Shown here in pieces: positions 37,993 to 47,895 of a stretch of DNA of 64,000 nucleotides. The stretch's first letter is position 1; each line of letters opens with the position of its first letter. The notes below the pieces were generated by a model. It saw only the letters and a program-made list of their open reading frames with translations, was not told the DNA's origin and made no database searches. Location of the stretch: positions 7,976 through 71,975 of the forward strand of contig LCPL01000001.1 of NCBI GenBank assembly GCA_001003605.1. Direction: 5' to 3'. The position numbers and the translations under genes are program-made. The DNA is from Parcubacteria group bacterium GW2011_GWC2_48_17 (GTDB taxonomy: Bacteria; Patescibacteriota; Minisyncoccia; Phycocordibacterales; UBA10002).

Positions 37993-39237
37993 TTACACTA
38001 CGTGGTCTCTCTCTTCTTCCTCCGTATCTTCCTTGGAGCGTTTTCTAAGCGCCATGAAGATGCCGAAGATGATGAGCAGAATCGCACCGATGCCCCATCC
38101 TATAGGACCGCTCACTCGCGAGAAGATTGTTCCGGCTGAAAGCCCATTTTTTTGCTTTGTGATTTCTACCGGATAACACGCCACGGTTTTCGCTTTGTCT
38201 CCCGACACTACCGTTACGGAGGCACGCTTCCCGCCGGTTTTTTCGTACGCCTTTGATGTGGTCGCGCCTTCCCCGGAAAGCGCCTCATCGCCAAACCACG
38301 AAAATCTATATTCTCCCATACCCCCTATGGCAACCGCGTGCCAGACCATCGCGCTCCCTTGCTCCGCTTTCGCTGAAGAGGGAATACACAAGGCCTGAAC
38401 CGGCAGGGCCGCTGTCTTTTCTTTTCCATTAGGAGAAGAGACTGGCGGAGGTACTGCGGGCTTTGAAGGAGTTGTCGGGGTTTGGGCGCCGACGGTTACG
38501 AAGTTTGTGCACGAAACCGCTATGCGATTCTTTCCATCCGCAACCGTAAGCACCGCGAATTTACTCCCGGCGCTCGTGTATGATTTAGAAACAATCGGCC
38601 GCTCGCCTGTGAGTCCTTCCGCGCCATCCCACGAGTAGGTGGTGGATGCAGTAGTGCCCGAAACTATGGAAAGCCACGTTACGCTTTCTCCGAGAACTGC
38701 TTTTTCAGGTGTTGCGTAACAAGAAGCGCCGAGCCCTCCCGCCTGTCCATAATGGAATTGGCCGCCACCGGAATCTGCTCCAATGAGCGTTCCGCCGCAA
38801 GAAACCGTTATCTGTTTAGTGCCCGACGTAACTGTAAGAATGCCAAATTTTTCTCCCATGGTCGCGTATGTCTTAGATACGGCGCTTGTGTTGCCAGACA
38901 AGCCGTCGGTTCCGCTCCACGAGTAAAGATATGTTCCTTGGCCGCCGGAAACGGAAGAGAACCATGTAATTGTCTGCCCGACACCGCTTCTCAAGGTTGA
39001 TGGAGCGCAAGAAACAGAAAGTCCGCCGGCAGTACCCGGTCTGCCTCCAGAAGAAGAGTCGTATTCCGAAAACGACAGGGTGGGCATGAGGTACAGTGCC
39101 CCCGTCCGGGCATTTCTTTCAAATCGAGGGCTGTCACTTTGCGCGTTAATCGCTGAAATGGGCAAGAAGAGTCCTATAGCTAGGGAAATGACAAAAATCG
39201 GTTGTATTAGTGTGTTGATTGTCGTTTTATTTTTCAT
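37993..39237 (-). CDS. Surface protein with three PKD/Ig-like repeats and C-terminal TM anchor
   Basis: Three SC..P....G...TW...GG.G.Y.YSW.G..GL.G......Y...G.K repeats. Confidence 0.8.
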   Translation of the reverse strand: MKNKTTINTLIQPIFVISLAIGLFLPISAINAQSDSPRFERNARTGALYLMPTLSFSEYDSSSGGRPGTAGGLSVSCAPSTLRSGVGQTITWFSSVSGGQGTYLYSWSGTDGLSGNTSAVSKTYATMGEKFGILTVTSGTKQITVSCGGTLIGADSGGGQFHYGQAGGLGASCYATPEKAVLGESVTWLSIVSGTTASTTYSWDGAEGLTGERPIVSKSYTSAGSKFAVLTVADGKNRIAVSCTNFVTVGAQTPTTPSKPAVPPPVSSPNGKEKTAALPVQALCIPSSAKAEQGSAMVWHAVAIGGMGEYRFSWFGDEALSGEGATTSKAYEKTGGKRASVTVVSGDKAKTVACYPVEITKQKNGLSAGTIFSRVSGPIGWGIGAILLIIFGIFMALRKRSKEDTEEEERDHVV

Positions 39238-39381
39238 ACGCCGAAATTATAGCATACCCATCCGATTTGTCAACCTGTTGATAACCTATGGTGGCAAGTA
39301 TCATAGCGTCTGGTATACTACAACAAATAGTTTTTTAGAGGTCGTGTTTGGTCATTATTCGCGTTTTTGTTAAATCTTTTT

Positions 39382-40218
39382 ATGTACAAGAAATTGATTC
39401 AAGGTGGTATGCTCATTGCGGTGGTGTTGCTTTTTATTGTGCCATTGGCGATGCAAGCGGCAGAAGGTTCCCCCTTTTCCACTTCTTTTCCGCTCCTCAA
39501 GAGGGGCTTCTTCCAGAATAATATTTTGGTAAAGGTTGGAGAGGAGACCGTTAGTCCTATAGGCACGAACCGTGATTTTTGGGTCATCCGAGATGTCCCG
39601 TTTACCTTGAGTTGGGACGCAAAAGCGCCACTCGCTTCGGATGATACTCAAATAAGCTCCGCGGGCATGTTTTGCAGTAAAAGCTGGGAAGACTCATTTC
39701 GCGTTAAGGGTGAATCAACAGGATACCTTTCAGGCGCTCGAACTTTCTTCATGACTTGTAGCGGGTTGGGAGGGGGGATAATTGCCCAGCGCTCTGTGAA
39801 AGTCGGCGATATTGACCTCATCATTGGTTCTTTTGAGGCTAATATCTCCCCGAATGGGAACACAACAGACGAAACAGACTATCTAGCGAATTCGCCGTGG
39901 ACTGTTACAGCGTCCGTTAAAAACGCGGGAAATGTTAATCTTTCATCCCCCCGCTTCAATGTCACGTTTTATTACGGCCTAACTAACATACCAAGCTCCT
40001 TTATGAGTCAGAAGACTGTGAATACTCTTAAAGGTGGCGACAGCATAACAGTTACACATCAACAGCCGGCAGGTAATGAACCCGGAACTACATTATGGTT
40101 CAAGGTATGCGCTGATGTGGATAATGTTGTTCCGGAGAGAAAGAGTGACGGAAGTGATGGTGGTAGCAACAACTGCAGCGCAGTCAAAGGTCCCTACAGA
40201 TTTGTCAGACCGCAATAA
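39382..40218 (+). CDS. Secreted protein with CARDB-like Ig domain
   Basis: Signal peptide; VTASVKNAG, F.V.FY and VCADVDNVVPE....NNC motifs. Confidence 0.75.
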   Translation: MYKKLIQGGMLIAVVLLFIVPLAMQAAEGSPFSTSFPLLKRGFFQNNILVKVGEETVSPIGTNRDFWVIRDVPFTLSWDAKAPLASDDTQISSAGMFCSKSWEDSFRVKGESTGYLSGARTFFMTCSGLGGGIIAQRSVKVGDIDLIIGSFEANISPNGNTTDETDYLANSPWTVTASVKNAGNVNLSSPRFNVTFYYGLTNIPSSFMSQKTVNTLKGGDSITVTHQQPAGNEPGTTLWFKVCADVDNVVPERKSDGSDGGSNNCSAVKGPYRFVRPQ

Positions 40219-40228
40219 CTTATTAATT

Positions 40229-40270
40229 AAAAACGCCCTCTTTTGTGTTTGAGTGTAAGAGGGCGTTTTT
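40229..40270. terminator. Bidirectional terminator
   Basis: aaaaacgccctctt...aagagggcgttttt between convergent genes. Confidence 0.7.
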
Positions 40271-40353
40271 CGTGCATCTTTGAAGCATAAAAAGAGCGGA
40301 GAGGTGGGGAACATACTTGTTCCTTAACTCTCCGCTCGTGACGTCGCTAAACT

Positions 40354-41769
40354 TCACTTTACCTCTCTTCCGACTCCCACCACGACGTTGGTAGGTGTTG
40401 GATTCGTCCAGCGGTACTGGACATAGGTCGTACCAATAGGGATTCCAGTTGAAACCCCAGGAGTCTTCGGGAGTAGAACTCCGTTCGCCCACAGCTCGTA
40501 CGGGAGTCCCGATGGCTCCATACGAGTTGAGAATCCCGCCGGCCGTGGTATTCGCTCGCTGATAGTGGTACTCAGCGTAATCGGATATTTTTGGGGGTTA
40601 ACGAGTCCGTGCCAGATTTCCTCCGTCGGCGCTGGCCTCGTTGCCACTGCCGCCGTTTGCTGCAGTGCGGCAAGTTTCCGTGCCGCCGCCTCTGTGGCGC
40701 GCGAGGTGGCGCGCATTGTCTCGTACGTCCGTTTTTCTTCCATCTGCGAAGCAATCCGGCCGTTGTGTTCCTCATGAGCGCCCCTCACGTGTTTGTACGC
40801 CCACGTGAGGCAGAGAATTATGACGGCCGCCATGGTCGCCATTCCCACAAAGCTACCTCCTTTGCCGCTTCCTCCCGTTGCCGTTGCCGCCACTCCCGCC
40901 GGTGCTTTTGCCTGTTTCAGCAATTTCACCACGAGGTAGGCAATGAGGAACACAACAGCAACCGCGATGACAGCGCCAATCCAGTGCTCCATAGTCCATG
41001 TCGAAACCGTTTTTATGGCTCCCACCACATGCTTTGTCTCAACTTCCTCCAAACCTTTGGGGCTACCTTCCGTTGGAATGTTGCCTCCCTTGTAGAGGAA
41101 AGCAAAGAAGTTGAGCTTGGGCAAGAAGAAGCAGATAAGCAACAGACCAACCGCCGCAAAGCCGGAGAACCGTACAAACGGTTTCATCCATTTGCCAGTG
41201 GCCGTACCCCACTCGTATGAGGAGAAGATAAGGAGGCCGACAATGAGCAGAAACATCGGCACTCCTCTCCAATAGTTCTGAATCGGGACGAAGTTGAGCG
41301 TAATAAACGCCGCTGCCTCGTAAATCAGAACCTGCCGCGCGAAGCTAATGTAAGTCTTCAGTCTTCGCGCAAGCCATCCTCGCTCTGCATCCGCTCCTGT
41401 CGGCTCCCCGGATTTTTTCTTTCCCGCCAGGAGATCAATGAGAAGCGCCAGCGGCACCGCGTAGTGCGCAAGCACCATGGTCCATATGAAGCACCAAACT
41501 CCCATCCACCCAACGAGCGTACGCCACCCCAGAAGGAGCGCGATGACGCTGACGAGGAGAGGAGGGAGGAAGGTGAGTGTCGCAAGCCGACGCAGTCCCC
41601 GAAAGTAATGCGCCGCAGGGTCGCTTACGCGCTTGACAGCCCAATCTACTCCATGGATGACCATGTCTGCCACCAACTTGATTGCTGGCACCAGATTTCT
41701 GATGCCGACCGCGATGATAACCACGGCGGCTCCTAGTCCCCATGCCAGACCTTTCAGTGTTTTTTTCAT
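40354..41769 (-). CDS. Hypothetical multi-pass membrane protein
   Basis: 471 aa, many TM segments and a C-terminal beta-rich domain. Confidence 0.7.
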   Translation of the reverse strand: MKKTLKGLAWGLGAAVVIIAVGIRNLVPAIKLVADMVIHGVDWAVKRVSDPAAHYFRGLRRLATLTFLPPLLVSVIALLLGWRTLVGWMGVWCFIWTMVLAHYAVPLALLIDLLAGKKKSGEPTGADAERGWLARRLKTYISFARQVLIYEAAAFITLNFVPIQNYWRGVPMFLLIVGLLIFSSYEWGTATGKWMKPFVRFSGFAAVGLLLICFFLPKLNFFAFLYKGGNIPTEGSPKGLEEVETKHVVGAIKTVSTWTMEHWIGAVIAVAVVFLIAYLVVKLLKQAKAPAGVAATATGGSGKGGSFVGMATMAAVIILCLTWAYKHVRGAHEEHNGRIASQMEEKRTYETMRATSRATEAAARKLAALQQTAAVATRPAPTEEIWHGLVNPQKYPITLSTTISERIPRPAGFSTRMEPSGLPYELWANGVLLPKTPGVSTGIPIGTTYVQYRWTNPTPTNVVVGVGREVK

Positions 41770-41806
41770 TTTCAGTTCAGTTTTTGGTTTTGGGTTCAGA
41801 GTCGCA

Positions 41807-42607
41807 TCATGCCCAGAGTTTCGCCATCAGTTTCCATGGCGCGTCCAGTATCTTTCCGATAACGCTCTCGCTTGAGCGTTTTGCTTTCGCCTCTCGCTCT
41901 TTGCAGAGCCGTTCGGCGTCCTTCTTGAGCCAATTAACGGCTGGCGTGAGTTCTGCGTTGAAGTCACCAAGTCCTTTGTCTGCCGCCTTTACGGCGGTGT
42001 TGAAGCCGCTCCTCAACCGCTCGCCAAGTGGCACGCCCGGCTCCGATTCTTTCGGCCTTCCGTGGGCAAGCGCATCCTTGACGTCCACTAACCCATAAGC
42101 TTCCGCCTTGAGCTGGTTGACGACAATTTCCATGTCGGTGGCATGCGTCGAAGCGATGAGCTCCAACGCACGCGCCCAAAATGCATCCTGAATCTTTGAG
42201 AAACTCTCCTTGGTTTTCTCGCTCACCTCCGGCCCGTGTTCGAGAGCGTCCCTCCCGAAGAGTTCACCACGGTAACTATCGAGGAAGTCCGATACTTTCC
42301 TCATAAGGGTCTTCAACGGCTCGGGCTGGTTATCAGCCGCCTTGTCGATTCTACCGGACAGCATTCCGAGTCCGTAGTTCATCAGTGGGTGTAGAAGAGG
42401 ATTTCCTGGCTTTAGCCATTTCTTCGTTGCCACCGCCGCACTCTTCGCAAGTTTGTCGATTCCCGGGTCAGTGAGTCCTGCGAAAGTACCCAGGTCGAGT
42501 TCGACCTTGAACAGATCCTTGAGAACCTTTACCCCCTGATCCAGCAACGGGTCGCCCAAACTTGTCGTGCTAGGAGTTCCTCCCGCGGGTGGTGTAGGTG
42601 TTGCCAT
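41807..42607 (-). CDS. Hypothetical helical protein
   Basis: 266-aa ORF co-oriented with the membrane-protein gene. Confidence 0.7.
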   Translation of the reverse strand: MATPTPPAGGTPSTTSLGDPLLDQGVKVLKDLFKVELDLGTFAGLTDPGIDKLAKSAAVATKKWLKPGNPLLHPLMNYGLGMLSGRIDKAADNQPEPLKTLMRKVSDFLDSYRGELFGRDALEHGPEVSEKTKESFSKIQDAFWARALELIASTHATDMEIVVNQLKAEAYGLVDVKDALAHGRPKESEPGVPLGERLRSGFNTAVKAADKGLGDFNAELTPAVNWLKKDAERLCKEREAKAKRSSESVIGKILDAPWKLMAKLWA

Positions 42608-42826
42608 AGTATGCCTTTCCAGACCCCAGCGTTTTAGGCCGAGTCTTGTTGTTGATTGCCTGCCCCGTGGTCATCCGCTTTTGAGCGGATTACTTTACGG
42701 GGCTTAGTTGTCAAAGGGCGGAAACCGCCTTTTTGTACAACGGTTTAACTGGCCGCAATGCTAGCACATTTCCTCCTGCCTGTCAACTTTCTCGGCAGCT
42801 AGTTCAACAATGAAATGCAACGCTCA

Positions 42827-42864
42827 TTTAGCACGATAGCCACGGCCGTGACTCTCATGCTAAA
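42827..42864. repeat. Degenerate copy of the TTTAGCA/CACGGCCGTG/TGCTAAA palindrome
   Basis: tttagca-cgatagc-cacggccgtg-actctca-tgctaaa. Confidence 0.7.
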
Positions 42865-42983
42865 CAGGACCTCACCGGTTCAAATTCCATATTTACCCAG
42901 CACCTTGAACGCCCTGCGGTCAAGGTGCTGGGTTTATTGTGTCATCCCACACTTTTCAGAAAAAGTGTGGGATTGCGGCACTA

Positions 42984-43068
42984 CGAACGCCGCTCATGCG
43001 AATACCCTGCGCTCCTGCGCAGGGTACGTTCTGTGCGACCCACAGGGTTAATGCCCTGTGGTGTCGCT
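42984..43068. repeat. REP-like multi-hairpin repeat (copy 1)
   Basis: Reverse complement aligns with 56481-56570 (agcg.caccacagggc.tta..ccctg.gggtcgc). Confidence 0.7.
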
Positions 43069-43069
43069 C

Positions 43070-43495
43070 TTAAACTTTATTTTTTAGATAGGTGTCAATC
43101 TGGATGAGGTACATTTTGAAATCAGAGAAATTACACTTAAGATTATTCAAGAACAAATCCTTGTCCAGTTTTTCGTATCGGTGGACAAGCATATTTCGTA
43201 CGCCGACAATCGGCGCAATCTTGCCCGCGAAATCTTTTTCCAATACGCCGAAATCTCCGAGCATCCTAAAAGTGCCTTGTAAATCATCAACCGTTCCGAA
43301 ATCGCTCGCTGTGATAAGGTGAGTGTTAATGTCAACCATGGTGTCTACCGCCTTCTGAAAGTAGCGTTCCAGCGCAGGAAGTCTCATGTCATCGTTTTTA
43401 ATGACCTCAATGGGAGTTTCCATGAGCTTTTCAATTTTGCCCACGCTCTCCGAGAGCATATCCATTTTCTTTTGTATGAAGACTTTATCCAACAT
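43070..43495 (-). CDS. HepT-like (DUF86/HEPN) ribonuclease toxin
   Basis: ALERYFQ...D and GVRNMLVHRYEKLD (RxxxxHxY). Confidence 0.88.
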   Translation of the reverse strand: MLDKVFIQKKMDMLSESVGKIEKLMETPIEVIKNDDMRLPALERYFQKAVDTMVDINTHLITASDFGTVDDLQGTFRMLGDFGVLEKDFAGKIAPIVGVRNMLVHRYEKLDKDLFLNNLKCNFSDFKMYLIQIDTYLKNKV

Positions 43496-43895
43496 ATTTG
43501 TATTCGCTTATTCTTCGCTTCAGGTATTCCTCCCTAAGCCTGAACAGCGGTTCCGCCTCTTCATATGTCCTTAAGGCATACAAGAGCATATCGTCAAACA
43601 GGTGCGGGGTTTTTTCGTATAACACTTTTGCGTTTTGAACAATTTGCTTCAGAAGCAACGGCGGGGCTTTTCTGAAATTAACCGTGGAGACCTTGTCGTT
43701 TTTAAACACTTCAGTCAAATCAGTGTTTAACGACACCTCATCCTCAAACGACATCTTGTTTTCTGACAAAAACGCCACATCAACATCACTTTCTTTGTGC
43801 GTAAATCCGGTTGCCTGCGAGCCGAATAGCACCACAAGGGAGAAGTGATAGCGTACGGCGATTTCCGCAATTCTATTTTTGTCTATCTTTATCAT
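43485..43895 (-). CDS. MntA-like minimal nucleotidyltransferase antitoxin
   Basis: LFGSQATG....SDVDVAF; overlaps the HEPN gene. Confidence 0.9.
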   Translation of the reverse strand: MIKIDKNRIAEIAVRYHFSLVVLFGSQATGFTHKESDVDVAFLSENKMSFEDEVSLNTDLTEVFKNDKVSTVNFRKAPPLLLKQIVQNAKVLYEKTPHLFDDMLLYALRTYEEAEPLFRLREEYLKRRISEYKYVG

Positions 43896-44076
43896 GCGCT
43901 TACTATACCATAAAAATGTTCGACAGGCGATTATCACTTCTCAATTCATACTTCATAATTCATTCTGCTATGCTATAGTGCTAGAATGTTGAGTTGCTAG
44001 GTGTCAGCTGTCAGGTTCTAGTCGGAATCTTTTCTTTTTTACTAAACGCTATACGCTAACCGCTAACCGCTTCCCT

Positions 44077-45090
44077 ATGTCTTTCTTTACCCCCAAACTA
44101 GGCATTGACCTCGGCACCGCCAACACACTTGTGTATGTGCCGAAAAAGGGCATCGTGCTGAACGAGCCGTCGGTCGTCGCGGTTTCCGAACAGGACAACA
44201 AAATACTCGCGGTCGGGAACGATGCCAAAAATATGCTAGGGAAAACTCCCGAATCTATTGTCGCTTACCGTCCCATGAAAGACGGAGTCATCGCCGATTA
44301 CCGCGTCACAGAAGCGATGCTACGGTATTTCATCACGAAAGCTCTCGGAAAGTGGAATATCTGGAAGCCCGAAGTGCTTGTCTCTGTTCCCGCGGGCGTT
44401 ACCTCAACCGAACGACGCGCCGTTATTGAAGCCGCCATTAAGGCGGGGGCAAAGAATGCCTATGTCGTGAAAGAGCCAATTCTCGCCGCTATCGGCGCTG
44501 GCATCCCCATTCATGAGCCGGTTGGACACATGATAATAGACATTGGCGGCGGCACGACCGACGTAGCGGTAATATCGCTCGGAGGCATCGTGGCCTCCAC
44601 ATCCGTGAAATGCGCCGGCAACCGCATTGACGAGGCTATCGCGGACTATATCAAAAAGACATTCAATCTCGCGATAGGGGACAAGATGGCGGAGAGTATC
44701 AAAATCGAAATAGGTTCCGCCGTGCCGCTCGAAGAAGAACTTTCTATTGTCATTAAAGGACGCGATTTTGTCACAGGCCTTCCGCGCGCCGCCGAAGTGA
44801 AGACAAACGAGATTGTGCGCGCCATCGGAAGGGAACTCCGGGAAATCATCAAATCTCTGAAGGATGTGCTTCAGGAAACGCCCCCGGAGCTTGCCGCAGA
44901 CATCATTGACCGCGGCATTATCATGACTGGAGGGACATCACAGCTGCGTAATTTCCCGGAACTCGTGTTCCGTCGCACCGGCGTCAAGGCGGTACTCGCG
45001 AAAGACCCGCTCTTTTGCGTGGCAAACGGAACCGGCATCGCCCTCGAACATTTGGATACGTATAAGAAGACAATTATAGCGAAGAGGTAA
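44077..45090 (+). CDS. mreB: Rod shape-determining protein MreB (paralog 1)
   Basis: GIDLGTANTLV, NEPSVVA, GVIAD and DIGGGTTD motifs. Confidence 0.96.
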   Translation: MSFFTPKLGIDLGTANTLVYVPKKGIVLNEPSVVAVSEQDNKILAVGNDAKNMLGKTPESIVAYRPMKDGVIADYRVTEAMLRYFITKALGKWNIWKPEVLVSVPAGVTSTERRAVIEAAIKAGAKNAYVVKEPILAAIGAGIPIHEPVGHMIIDIGGGTTDVAVISLGGIVASTSVKCAGNRIDEAIADYIKKTFNLAIGDKMAESIKIEIGSAVPLEEELSIVIKGRDFVTGLPRAAEVKTNEIVRAIGRELREIIKSLKDVLQETPPELAADIIDRGIIMTGGTSQLRNFPELVFRRTGVKAVLAKDPLFCVANGTGIALEHLDTYKKTIIAKR

Positions 45091-45199
45091 AATAGCAGGT
45101 AGATGATAGAAAGTAGAAGGTCAAAATAGATTGTAGAAGGTAGATGGTAGAAGGTAAGAAGAAACAGTCTACTAGCTACTTTCTACCAACTAATTTTTT

Positions 45200-45865
45200 A
45201 TGTTTGACTCACTTACGCATCACGCATATGGAATTGCCGGACAACCGGAAACAATCATTCCCAAACTTATAAAGTCACTTCTGAAGATTGGATACCGGAC
45301 AAAAGGCAATCCAGATTTCCGAGTTGAATCCCATGATGTAATGGGTGTTGATGAATCGCGGGTGCTCAAAGAAGCGGCGGGGAGAAAAGCAATTTCTGGC
45401 AGTAAGAAAGTCTTTATCATTTCCGCGCGAGGCATCACCAAAGAGGCTCAAAACGCCCTGCTCAAAGTGTTCGAGGAGCCGCCTCTCGGTACGCATTTCT
45501 TTCTGATTGTTCCCTCGCTCGAGATTTTACTCGGAACGCTTCGTTCGCGTCTTTTTGCGGTAGATGCTTTTCGAATGAACGATAACAAAACATCATCTCG
45601 AGCTGAAACATTCCTCGATGCCGCAGTCCCGTTTCGGCTAAAGATAATCCAAGGACTTCTCAAAGGCGCGGATGAGGAAACTGGAAAGAAAGAATTGCTC
45701 GCATTTATGGACGAGATTGAGCAAAGTCTAGCCGCAGGCGAGCGACGCTCCGTCGCAGACGCCCTCGAAGAGGTACTCAAGGTGAAGAAATACAGCCGCG
45801 ATAGAGCCCCATCATTTAAGCTATTGCTAGAACATCTCGCGCTGGTGTTGCCTAAAGTGGAATAA
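45200..45865 (+). CDS. holB: DNA polymerase III delta-prime-like protein (short form)
   Basis: KKVFII.A..IT.EAQNALLKVFEEPP and LL.TLRSR motifs. Confidence 0.8.
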   Translation: MFDSLTHHAYGIAGQPETIIPKLIKSLLKIGYRTKGNPDFRVESHDVMGVDESRVLKEAAGRKAISGSKKVFIISARGITKEAQNALLKVFEEPPLGTHFFLIVPSLEILLGTLRSRLFAVDAFRMNDNKTSSRAETFLDAAVPFRLKIIQGLLKGADEETGKKELLAFMDEIEQSLAAGERRSVADALEEVLKVKKYSRDRAPSFKLLLEHLALVLPKVE

Positions 45866-46038
45866 ACAAGGCGGTATGGTATTATATTGTGAAATATCGG
45901 ATACCAATGCAAAATAAATCTCGAATACCAAATATCGAATATCTAAAAATACCAAATACCAAATGTTAAAACAGAGGAAATCTCAAATTGTGGTTTCTTG
46001 TTTCGGTATTCGGTATTCGGGATTAGATATTTAATCGT

Positions 46039-46590
46039 ATGTCATATAGCTTCTCAAAACTGAACGAGCGTTATAAAGAAGTCCATGACTGGCTCGCTAA
46101 GGAGCTTGCGAGCCTGCGCAGCGGCCGCGCCGCGCCGTCCGTACTTGACGGCGTACTCGTAGAGAGTTATGGCTCCAAAATGCCGATAAAACATCTCGCC
46201 ACCATCGCCCTGGAGGACGCGCGAACGCTTCGTGTGAGTCCATTTGACGCGGCGGTTTCAAAGGATATTGAAAAGGCGATAGCCTTGACCAATTTGGGTC
46301 TCTCCGTGTCCTTAGACGATAACGGCATAAGGGTTCATTTTCCAGACCTTACATCGGAGCGGAGAACGGCGCTTATGAAAGTAGCAAAGGAAAAGCTCGA
46401 AGCCGCCCGCATCAATGTGCGCAAGGCGCGAGATGAGACCCTGAAAGATATTGAAGAGAAGGTAAAACAGGGTGGTATTGGCGAGGACGAAAGATTTCGG
46501 CTAAAGAAAGAGTTGGAAAAAATGGTGGAAAGCGAAAATAAGAAACTGCAGGAGGCGTTTGAGCGAAAAGAAAAAGAAATCTCAAGTTAA
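46039..46590 (+). CDS. frr: Ribosome recycling factor
   Basis: LRSGRAAP..LD, YGS..P and PDLTSERR motifs. Confidence 0.96.
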   Translation: MSYSFSKLNERYKEVHDWLAKELASLRSGRAAPSVLDGVLVESYGSKMPIKHLATIALEDARTLRVSPFDAAVSKDIEKAIALTNLGLSVSLDDNGIRVHFPDLTSERRTALMKVAKEKLEAARINVRKARDETLKDIEEKVKQGGIGEDERFRLKKELEKMVESENKKLQEAFERKEKEISS

Positions 46591-46694
46591 GAAACTTGAA
46601 ATTTCTACCATTGACCTTTGACCATTAACAATTGACAGACTTCTTTTTAACGTCACATGTCACATGTCAATTGTCACCTGTTAATTGTTGATTT

Positions 46695-47810
46695 ATGACT
46701 CTAGTTTTATTTCTCATCATTCTCGGTGCGCTCATCTTCGTGCATGAGCTCGGACACTTTATCTCCGCGAAAAAAGCCGGAATTCGCGTTGATGAATTCG
46801 CGCTTGGATTTCCGCCGAGGGTACTTGGAAAGAAAATAGGAGAGACAGAGTACAACCTCAATCTCATTCCATTTGGAGGATATGTGAAAATCTTTGGCGA
46901 AGACGGCGACGAAGACGCAGATAAACGCGGATTAGGAACGCAGATAAGCGCGGATAAAGAAAGACGCTTCACCTCAAAACCTCGGTGGGTGCAGGGAATA
47001 GTCCTTGCTTCCGGCGTCCTCGGCAATATAGTTTTCGCGTGGCTACTTGTGTCGATAGGCTTCATGTCGGGTGTTCCATCGGCAATCAACGGGCGATACG
47101 CCGCTGACGTGCGAAATCTCGAGCTTATGGTCACTTCAGTACTCCCGGACTCTCCGGCTTATACAGCAGGGCTTCATTCCGGCGATGTAATCACAGCAAT
47201 CGAGGAAAACGGTAATCGATTTGAAGGCACCGATGCGACAGTGGCAGGAAACTTTATCGGCGCCAGTACGGATAAGCTATCCGTCTTTTACAAACGCGGA
47301 AAAGAAGCTGGAAGCGTAGTCGTACTGCCGAAAGATGGAATTGTGGAGGGGAAACACGCCATAGGGGTTGGCCTAGACACTATAGGTGAAGTGCGCTTCG
47401 GCTTTTTCCGAGCTTTTTTTGAAGGAGCTCTAATGACATGGGACATTACTCGCGAAGTCACTGTGGGCCTAGTCGGATTTTTGAAACAAGCCGTCACTTT
47501 GCAAGCGGACTTAAATTCCATTACCGGCCCCTTGGGTATTGCGGGACTCGTTGGGGAGGCGCGCGTTTTAGGAGTCATCTATCTTCTGTCTTTCACCGCA
47601 TTTATCTCCATTAACCTCGCTGTCATCAATCTTCTGCCAATTCCGGCGCTAGACGGAGGTCGTCTTCTCTTTTTAGCGATTGAAGGCATCACCCGAAGAT
47701 CAATCCCCGCAAAGTTAACTCGAACAGTAAATACGGCCGGCTTCATACTCCTCATTCTCTTTATGGTTTTTATTACATATCGGGATATTGTGAAATTAGT
47801 TAGTAGCTAG
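46695..47810 (+). CDS. rseP: RseP-like site-2 (M50) protease with PDZ domain
   Basis: HELGH, IPFGGYV, SPA..AGL..GD and NLLPIPALDGG motifs. Confidence 0.95.
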   Translation: MTLVLFLIILGALIFVHELGHFISAKKAGIRVDEFALGFPPRVLGKKIGETEYNLNLIPFGGYVKIFGEDGDEDADKRGLGTQISADKERRFTSKPRWVQGIVLASGVLGNIVFAWLLVSIGFMSGVPSAINGRYAADVRNLELMVTSVLPDSPAYTAGLHSGDVITAIEENGNRFEGTDATVAGNFIGASTDKLSVFYKRGKEAGSVVVLPKDGIVEGKHAIGVGLDTIGEVRFGFFRAFFEGALMTWDITREVTVGLVGFLKQAVTLQADLNSITGPLGIAGLVGEARVLGVIYLLSFTAFISINLAVINLLPIPALDGGRLLFLAIEGITRRSIPAKLTRTVNTAGFILLILFMVFITYRDIVKLVSS

Positions 47811-47895
47811 TAGCAAGTAGAAAGTAGAAAGTAGCGTGCTACTATTTTCTTATCCGTAATTCGTATATCGGTACTTATTTGTACTCCGTAAACCT

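Noticed and set aside
42866-42905. tRNA-like ggttcaaattcc sequence
   Set aside because: No acceptor, D or anticodon stems; the region is explained by palindromic repeats.
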